Below the pieces are notes generated by a model that worked only from the letters and a program-made list of their open reading frames with translations, was not told where the DNA came from and did no database searches. 32,000 nt of DNA, from the NCBI GenBank assembly GCA_049414405.1, contig JBMSAQ010000026.1, forward strand, positions 1 through 32,000, written 5' to 3'. The DNA comes from Candidatus Nanopusillus sp. GTDB lineage: Archaea; Nanobdellota; Nanobdellia; Nanobdellales; Nanobdellaceae. Each line of letters opens with the position of its first letter. Within the stretch, counting starts at the first letter, position 1. Made by a program: the position numbers and the translations under genes. Below are positions 26,607-32,000 of the stretch, in pieces.

Positions 26607-29600
26607 ATGAGTGATGAGAGATTTATAAAAGAGGTTTTTCGTGGAAAAAAGGAAGAAGAAATTGTTTTAGGACAAAAAAATCATAAAATAAAAAAAGTTA
26701 TTAAAAGAGACGGAAGAATTGTGGACTTTGACCCTGAAAGAATAAAATATGCTATAGAAAGAGCAATGAAAGCTGTTGGTGCTTATGATAAAGAAAAATT
26801 AGAAAAAATTGTTGATTATATAATAAAAGTATTAGAGGAAAAATATGATGATATAAAATATCCAACTGTTGAAGAAATTCAAGATATTGTCGAATTATCT
26901 TTATTAAAATTTGATTTATATGATGTTGCCAAAGCATATATTTCCTATAGAAAAGAAAAGGAAAAAATAAGGGAAGAAAAGAAGAATTTACTGGGAAAAT
27001 TCTATGAAGAAGAAGTTGCAAAAAGATTTTCTGTTAATTCAATTAGATTAATGGTAAATAGATATTTATTAAGGAATGAGAATAAAGAATTAATAGAGGG
27101 TCCAAAACAAATGTTTGAAAGAGTTGCTGCATTAATCATAATACCAGATTTATTATATGATGAAAGAATATATGATAAGGAAGGAAAGCAAAGAATACAT
27201 CCAAAGGAAGAATTTGACTTCGTAAAAAATGAAAATAAATATGGATTACCAATAAAAGATCCTAAATTTAAATGGAATAGATACCATTTAGAAAGAATGA
27301 AATATTTGTATGATTATTTAAATGAAAGAGGTCATATGAAAGTTTCATGGTCAGAATTTATAAAAATGTTAGAAAATGGAGAATTTGACAAATATTACGA
27401 AAATTTCTACCAATATTATGATTTAATGGCAAGTAAAAGATTTATGCCAAATTCTCCAACATTATTTAACGCGGGTGCTGTCTTAGGACAGTTATCTGCA
27501 TGTTTTGTATTGGATATTGATGACGATATGGAATCAATAATGAAATCTGCAACAGAAGCAGCTTTAATATTTAAATCAGGGGGCGGAATTGGAATAAATT
27601 ATTCAAAATTAAGACCCGAGGGCGATGTTGTTGCATCTACTGGTGGTATTGCTTCAGGTCCAGTTTCATTTATGAAAATCATAGACACAATTACAGATGT
27701 GGTAAAACAAGGGGGAAAGAGAAGGGGAGCAAACATGGGTATTTTAGAATCCTGGCATCCGGAAATATTTAAATTTATTCATTTAAAGGAAAAAGAAGGT
27801 GTATTAGAAAACTTTAATATATCTATAATGTTTGAGCCAACATTTTGGGAATATTTTGAAAATAAAAAAGAATATCCTTTAATTAATCCAAGATTATTAA
27901 GGAGATATAATTTACCTTTTCCAGGAGATCCAAATTTTGATATAAATAAAGTACCAAAGGAAGCAATTGTTGGATATGTAAATCCTGAAAGAATACTACA
28001 AGAAGCATCATATGTTGCATGGGAAAAAGGAGATCCCGGATGCTTGTTTATGGATAATATAAATAGAAGAAATGTTCAATATAAATATAGAGGACCAATT
28101 AGAGCTACTAATCCATGTGTAACTGGAGATACTAGAATTTTAACTCCGTATGGTCTTTTGAGGGCCGAAACCCTACTTTATTTAAACAATGAAAATGGTA
28201 GCGATATCAACAATATAGAGCTTTTAGTAGATGGAGAAGGTGAAATTTTGTATACAACAGTTCATGGAAAAACATTGAGTGTAAGTTCTCCAATATTGGT
28301 TGATGCAAAAGTTTGGAAAGTTGGATTTAAACCAACCGTTAAATTAATTTTAGAAAATGGAATGGAGATTGAAGTAACTGAAGATCATAAAATACTCACA
28401 AAAGATGGCTGGATAGAAGCAAAATATGCTGAAGGAAAGGAAGTAAAGATAGCAAGAATTGATATTGATAAGTTAGAAAACTATGGATTAAAAGAAATTG
28501 ATGGAATAAAATTAGATAGAGAATTGGGATTTTTATTAGGATGGTTGGTTGGAGACGGATATGTTGGGGAAAAAGTGTTCTTCTATTTTAATACTAAAAC
28601 TGAAAAAGAAGTTTCCGAATATGTAAAAAAATTGCTTGAAAAGAAATTTGGAGTAAATGTTAGTAGGTTCGAAAGAAATAATGAGATATGGATTTATGTT
28701 GGTAAGAAGGAAGTTGTTGAAATTTTCAAAAAACTAATGAGAAGGAAAACAAGCTTGCCAGAAATTGTTTTCCTAGCAAATTCGGAATTTGTTAAAGGAT
28801 TTTTGAGTGGGTTGTTTTCAGCGGACGGATATTTCGATAAAGACAGAGCAATAAGATTAATATCATCTAATAAAGATTTGTTGAAGGAAACCCAACTTTT
28901 ACTAACTTTATTCGGTATATTTTCAAAGATTTATGAGAGACCATATAAGAGAAAGTTTGAGTATATTACTGTAAATGGTGAAAGAAAAGAATATGAAACT
29001 AGAGGTTATTTTGAGCTTATAATCAAAAACTATAGTAGGAAAATTTTTGAAGAAAAGATAAAATTGATAGATTATAAAAACAAAAAGCTTCCGGATGGAC
29101 TAAAGAAAACTAAAATAGATGATAATTATGTTAAAATTTTAAGAGTAGAATATGTTGGTGAAAAATTGGTTTATGATTTTAGTGTTCCGGGATTTAATAG
29201 ATATATTTCTAACGGAATAATAAGTCACAATTGTGGAGAACAACCTTTATATCCTTATGAATCTTGTAATTTGGGATCAATTAATCTATATGCTTTGGTT
29301 GAATTTAAAGATGGAAAGGTTGAATTTAATTGGAATAAATATATTGAAACAATAAAATGGGCTTATAAATTTTTAGATAATGTAATAGATGTAAATAAAT
29401 ATCCAATAAAGGAAATTGAAGAAGCTTCGAAAGCAGTAAGAAGAATTGGACTTGGATTTATGGGATTGGCGGATATGTTATATGCATTGGGAATTCCATA
29501 TACATCTGAAGAAGGATATAAATTACTAATGAAAATAACAGAATATTTAACATATTATTCAATGTTAGAATCTGTTGAAAGGGCAAAAACAAGGGGTAAA

Positions 29601-30509
29601 TTCGATAAATATGATCAAACAACATATAAAGATGGTAAATTACCTGTAGAAGGATATTATCATAGAGAGTTATGGACATTAGATTGGGAATATTTGAAAG
29701 AACAAATAATGAAATATGGAATAAGAAATATTGAAGTTACTTCAATTGCCCCTACAGGTTCTATATCAATGTTAGCGGATACATCTTCAGGTATTGAACC
29801 ACAATATTCTTTAGTATATGAAAAAAGAGTAACTGCTGGTATATATTTTTATGTAGATCCAGAATTAGAAAGGCAATTGAGAGAAAGAGGACTATATAAT
29901 AATGATATATTAAAGAAAATATCTGATAATGGTGGAAGTTTATTGGGAATAAAAGAGATCCCAGATGATTTGAAAGCAATATTCTTAACAGCATTAGATA
30001 TGCCATGGTGGGATCATATAAGAGCACAGGCAGTTGCTCAAATATGGATAACTACATCAATATCAAAGACAATAAATATGCCAAATTGGGTTCAGCCAGA
30101 TGACGTATATTATTCATACTTATTAGCATATAAGATGGGATGTAAAGGAATTACAATATATAGAGATGGATCAAAATCTGTACAAGTATATGTAGCTCCT
30201 GCTGAAGCAAGTAAGGCAAGATTTGCAGATTACTTTAGACTAATTAGAGAAGGAAAAATAAATAATAAAACAGTTGAAATATTAAAACAATATGGAATAA
30301 AGTTACCAAACTGGTATTATGAATTAAATAACAACGTTGAGATACCAAAAGTAAAATTGAATGTAAACATTAATAATACATTAAGGGTTGAAGAAAATGG
30401 AAATAATAAAATTGAGAAATGTCCTGTATGTGGATCTATGAGGTTAAAACATCAAGCAGGTTGTATTACATGTATAGATTGTGGATGGTCGGAATGTATA
30501 ATTGCTTAA
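26607..30509 (+). CDS. nrdJ: Class II (adenosylcobalamin-dependent) ribonucleotide reductase with N-terminal ATP-cone, C-terminal zinc ribbon and one intein
   Basis: The ATP-cone reads [27 protein letters not shown] core motifs are [14 protein letters not shown] and GGGIG. The active-site NP|CGEQPL is interrupted by an intein. The C-terminus is CPVCG...[13 protein letters not shown]. Confidence 0.9.
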   Translation: MSDERFIKEVFRGKKEEEIVLGQKNHKIKKVIKRDGRIVDFDPERIKYAIERAMKAVGAYDKEKLEKIVDYIIKVLEEKYDDIKYPTVEEIQDIVELSLLKFDLYDVAKAYISYRKEKEKIREEKKNLLGKFYEEEVAKRFSVNSIRLMVNRYLLRNENKELIEGPKQMFERVAALIIIPDLLYDERIYDKEGKQRIHPKEEFDFVKNENKYGLPIKDPKFKWNRYHLERMKYLYDYLNERGHMKVSWSEFIKMLENGEFDKYYENFYQYYDLMASKRFMPNSPTLFNAGAVLGQLSACFVLDIDDDMESIMKSATEAALIFKSGGGIGINYSKLRPEGDVVASTGGIASGPVSFMKIIDTITDVVKQGGKRRGANMGILESWHPEIFKFIHLKEKEGVLENFNISIMFEPTFWEYFENKKEYPLINPRLLRRYNLPFPGDPNFDINKVPKEAIVGYVNPERILQEASYVAWEKGDPGCLFMDNINRRNVQYKYRGPIRATNPCVTGDTRILTPYGLLRAETLLYLNNENGSDINNIELLVDGEGEILYTTVHGKTLSVSSPILVDAKVWKVGFKPTVKLILENGMEIEVTEDHKILTKDGWIEAKYAEGKEVKIARIDIDKLENYGLKEIDGIKLDRELGFLLGWLVGDGYVGEKVFFYFNTKTEKEVSEYVKKLLEKKFGVNVSRFERNNEIWIYVGKKEVVEIFKKLMRRKTSLPEIVFLANSEFVKGFLSGLFSADGYFDKDRAIRLISSNKDLLKETQLLLTLFGIFSKIYERPYKRKFEYITVNGERKEYETRGYFELIIKNYSRKIFEEKIKLIDYKNKKLPDGLKKTKIDDNYVKILRVEYVGEKLVYDFSVPGFNRYISNGIISHNCGEQPLYPYESCNLGSINLYALVEFKDGKVEFNWNKYIETIKWAYKFLDNVIDVNKYPIKEIEEASKAVRRIGLGFMGLADMLYALGIPYTSEEGYKLLMKITEYLTYYSMLESVERAKTRGKFDKYDQTTYKDGKLPVEGYYHRELWTLDWEYLKEQIMKYGIRNIEVTSIAPTGSISMLADTSSGIEPQYSLVYEKRVTAGIYFYVDPELERQLRERGLYNNDILKKISDNGGSLLGIKEIPDDLKAIFLTALDMPWWDHIRAQAVAQIWITTSISKTINMPNWVQPDDVYYSYLLAYKMGCKGITIYRDGSKSVQVYVAPAEASKARFADYFRLIREGKINNKTVEILKQYGIKLPNWYYELNNNVEIPKVKLNVNINNTLRVEENGNNKIEKCPVCGSMRLKHQAGCITCIDCGWSECIIA
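28116..29231 (+). mobile_element. Intein (372 aa) with LAGLIDADG homing-endonuclease domain inside the RNR
   Basis: It starts CVTGDTRIL (block A). TEDHKIL is block B. The two DOD motifs are [14 protein letters not shown] and [12 protein letters not shown]. It ends GIISHN, followed by the +1 Cys of CGEQPL. Confidence 0.9.
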
Positions 30510-30535
30510 TTTTTTATATTTAGTTTAAATAAGAA

Positions 30536-30607
30536 TGGACCCGCCGGGATTTGAACCCGGGATCTCCGGCTTGCAAGGCCGGCATCCTACGACTAGACTA
30601 CGGGCCC
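30536..30607 (-). tRNA. tRNA-Ala (anticodon UGC) with G3:U70, no encoded CCA
   Basis: Manual fold: GGGCCCG UA GUCU AGUCGUA GGAU G CCGGC CUUGCAA GCCGG AGAUC CCGGG UUCAAAU CCCGG CGGGUCC A. Confidence 0.9.
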
Positions 30608-30684
30608 GATTATTAAATCTCTTAATATTTATACATATAAATTTGTTTTTGGATATATAATAGACATTTTCTATATAGTGAAAT

Positions 30685-30708
30685 AAAAATCAACTATAAT
30701 TGATTTTT
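30685..30708 (-). terminator. Hairpin plus T-run, possible terminator downstream of adenylate kinase
   Basis: A perfect 9-bp inverted repeat AAAAATCAA-ctataa-TTGATTTTT, followed on the minus strand by TTTTTATTT. It lies about 90 nt past the adk stop. Confidence 0.25.
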
Positions 30709-30794
30709 ATGATATTCTAATAAATAAAAATGGCAATATTATAATTAAAGAATACATAAATAACATGAATTATAATCTATATATAAAAATTTTA

Positions 30795-31388
30795 CTATTT
30801 ATTTAACTTATTTTCCTTTAATTTATTTAAAAATTCTGCAAATTTTTTAGCAGATTCTCCCAATAATCCTTCTTCATTATTTATTATTTCTACTATTGTA
30901 CCATGTTCAAACATAAATATTGTAGTGAAGTATATTGTTAAATTTTGTTGAATTTCAATTCTTTTTAAATTTTCTATATCTCTTCCTCTTATTTGTATAT
31001 CTCTTAATCTTCTAACAAAAATTTTATCAGGATCTGATATCATTACGATAATTCCATCCGGTCTTAAAATTTCTGAATATTCTCTTAACATACCCGGAAT
31101 ATATCCTTCATATGATTCTATTACTAAATGAGTATCTAATATTATGTCATTTTCTTTTTCCATTTCTTTTATTCTTTTAATAGCTTCTCTTTGTAGTTCT
31201 TTTTGTTGTTCAAAAGTTAATTTCTTCCTTATTTCATCTCTATTATTTATATTATATTTTTCTTTTGCCAATTCAAACATAATATCTCCTGTATTTACAA
31301 CTTTAAATTCATATTTTAAGTATTTTTTAGCTTCATTAATCACCGAAGTTTTTCCAACACCAGGTACCCCAACAACTAATATTATCAT
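30795..31388 (-). CDS. adkA: Archaeal-type adenylate kinase
   Basis: It has the P-loop VVGVPGVGKTS and FELAKEKYNINNRDEIRKL...DTH. Length and layout match archaeal AdkA. Confidence 0.85.
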   Translation of the reverse strand: MIILVVGVPGVGKTSVINEAKKYLKYEFKVVNTGDIMFELAKEKYNINNRDEIRKKLTFEQQKELQREAIKRIKEMEKENDIILDTHLVIESYEGYIPGMLREYSEILRPDGIIVMISDPDKIFVRRLRDIQIRGRDIENLKRIEIQQNLTIYFTTIFMFEHGTIVEIINNEEGLLGESAKKFAEFLNKLKENKLNK

Positions 31389-31531
31389 AAACTAAATAAC
31401 TATAAAGAAAAAATAAAAATTTTTGTTATAAAAAATATATTGGCTGCTAAAAATATTTAGAACAGTCTATTAAAGAATTATTTAATACTCATAGATTGTT
31501 TTTATCCTTTTATTTGATAATGTTAAAAAAT

Positions 31532-32000
31532 CTAATCAATGTAAATTGAAGGCATTGCACCATTTGGAGGATATGCCCTAGCAATTACCCATTGTACGTA
31601 TTGATATGAATAAGCACCACTAGTTCCAGCACTTATTTGTAATGTACCATATTGGAATGGATTATAATTTAAATCAGACCATACATATCCATCCCAATTT
31701 ATCTTATATGTATTTAATAATGTTAAAGGTATCCATGCATAACCATAATAACTATATATATAATATCCTGCTTCTGCATATGTTGAATTAACTATTAAAT
31801 ATGAATAAACAGTTCTTCCATATGGTGAGAAATACACATAATATAAATATTGGTTAGTTACTGCAGATTTTAACATAGCCGCTTTACTATCGGGTGGATC
31901 AGATCCATAATAATACTCAAATTGCACAAATGTAGATAAATTGGGTGCGGGTGTAGCACCACCATAAGTAGATCCAATCGTACCAGCTAAAAGTTGCTGG
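31532..32000 (-). CDS. Second DUF2341/ConA-like surface protein paralog (C-terminal part; continues beyond the window)
   Basis: The frame stays open past the track's GTG start (31927) to the window edge, reading QQLLAGTIGSTYGGATPAPNLSTFVQFEYYYGS.... This aligns with NQQFFAGG...SNLSTYVQFQYWGG... of the 565-aa protein. The C-terminus is YVQWVIARAYPPNGAMPSIYID. Confidence 0.65.
   Translation of the reverse strand, partial: QQLLAGTIGSTYGGATPAPNLSTFVQFEYYYGSDPPDSKAAMLKSAVTNQYLYYVYFSPYGRTVYSYLIVNSTYAEAGYYIYSYYGYAWIPLTLLNTYKINWDGYVWSDLNYNPFQYGTLQISAGTSGAYSYQYVQWVIARAYPPNGAMPSIYID
31532..32000 (-). repeat. Dispersed repeat copy B (C-terminal module of the surface-protein family)
   Basis: See copy A. 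The orientation is the same and the copies are about 11.5 kb apart. Confidence 0.8.

Noticed and set aside
1-32000. A check for CRISPR arrays, cas genes, rRNA genes, IS elements or transposases, and known multi-gene defence systems.
   Set aside because: I saw no regularly spaced direct repeats, no rRNA-like GC-rich long segments and no transposase, integrase or Cas motifs in any long ORF. The AAA/DUF4143 ATPase, NurA and vapBC are dispersed among housekeeping genes and are partly degraded, so I do not regard them as one coherent defence island.

Overview
This is an extremely AT-rich, tightly packed archaeal window. Many genes overlap by 1-17 nt, and one convergent pair shares a TTAA stop. The three tRNA genes are GC-rich, which suggests a thermophile. 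Secreted proteins are visibly depleted in charged residues, which suggests an acidophile. Ribosomal-protein genes are dispersed and two conserved genes are present only as N-terminal halves, which resembles a reduced Nanoarchaeota/DPANN-type genome (inference only). Recognisable content, in order: an APC-like permease fused to a methyltransferase; an NFACT/Rqc2 N-terminal half; a small zinc-ribbon ORF missing from the ORF track; and a minus-strand operon of orc1/cdc6, PolD small subunit, rpoL, a PIN-KH ATPase and ABCE1, with a probable origin upstream of cdc6. Then DUF460, uS14 (with an odd N-terminal extension), uS8, uL18, a frameshifted AAA/DUF4143-type ATPase and an ABC exporter with extra terminal domains. 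Then a decayed vapBC pair, an orphan ORF, tRNA-Ser(GGA), NurA, tRNA-His(GUG) and a three-gene pilin-like/DUF2341 surface-protein operon. Finally a GatE N-terminal half, a Memo-like protein, Hsp20, a Nog1-like GTPase, a metallophosphoesterase, a class II RNR carrying a LAGLIDADG intein, tRNA-Ala(UGC), adenylate kinase and a second partial DUF2341-type paralog at the right edge. I saw no CRISPR array, rRNA, transposase or integrase. The best leads are: (1) an unannotated H/ACA-like GC-rich hairpin flush against tRNA-Ser; (2) the class-III-signal-peptide surface-protein operon, whose C-terminal module recurs 11.5 kb away; (3) an ATPase gene interrupted exactly at an A-AAA-AAG slippery heptamer; (4) apparent split genes (GatE, NFACT).
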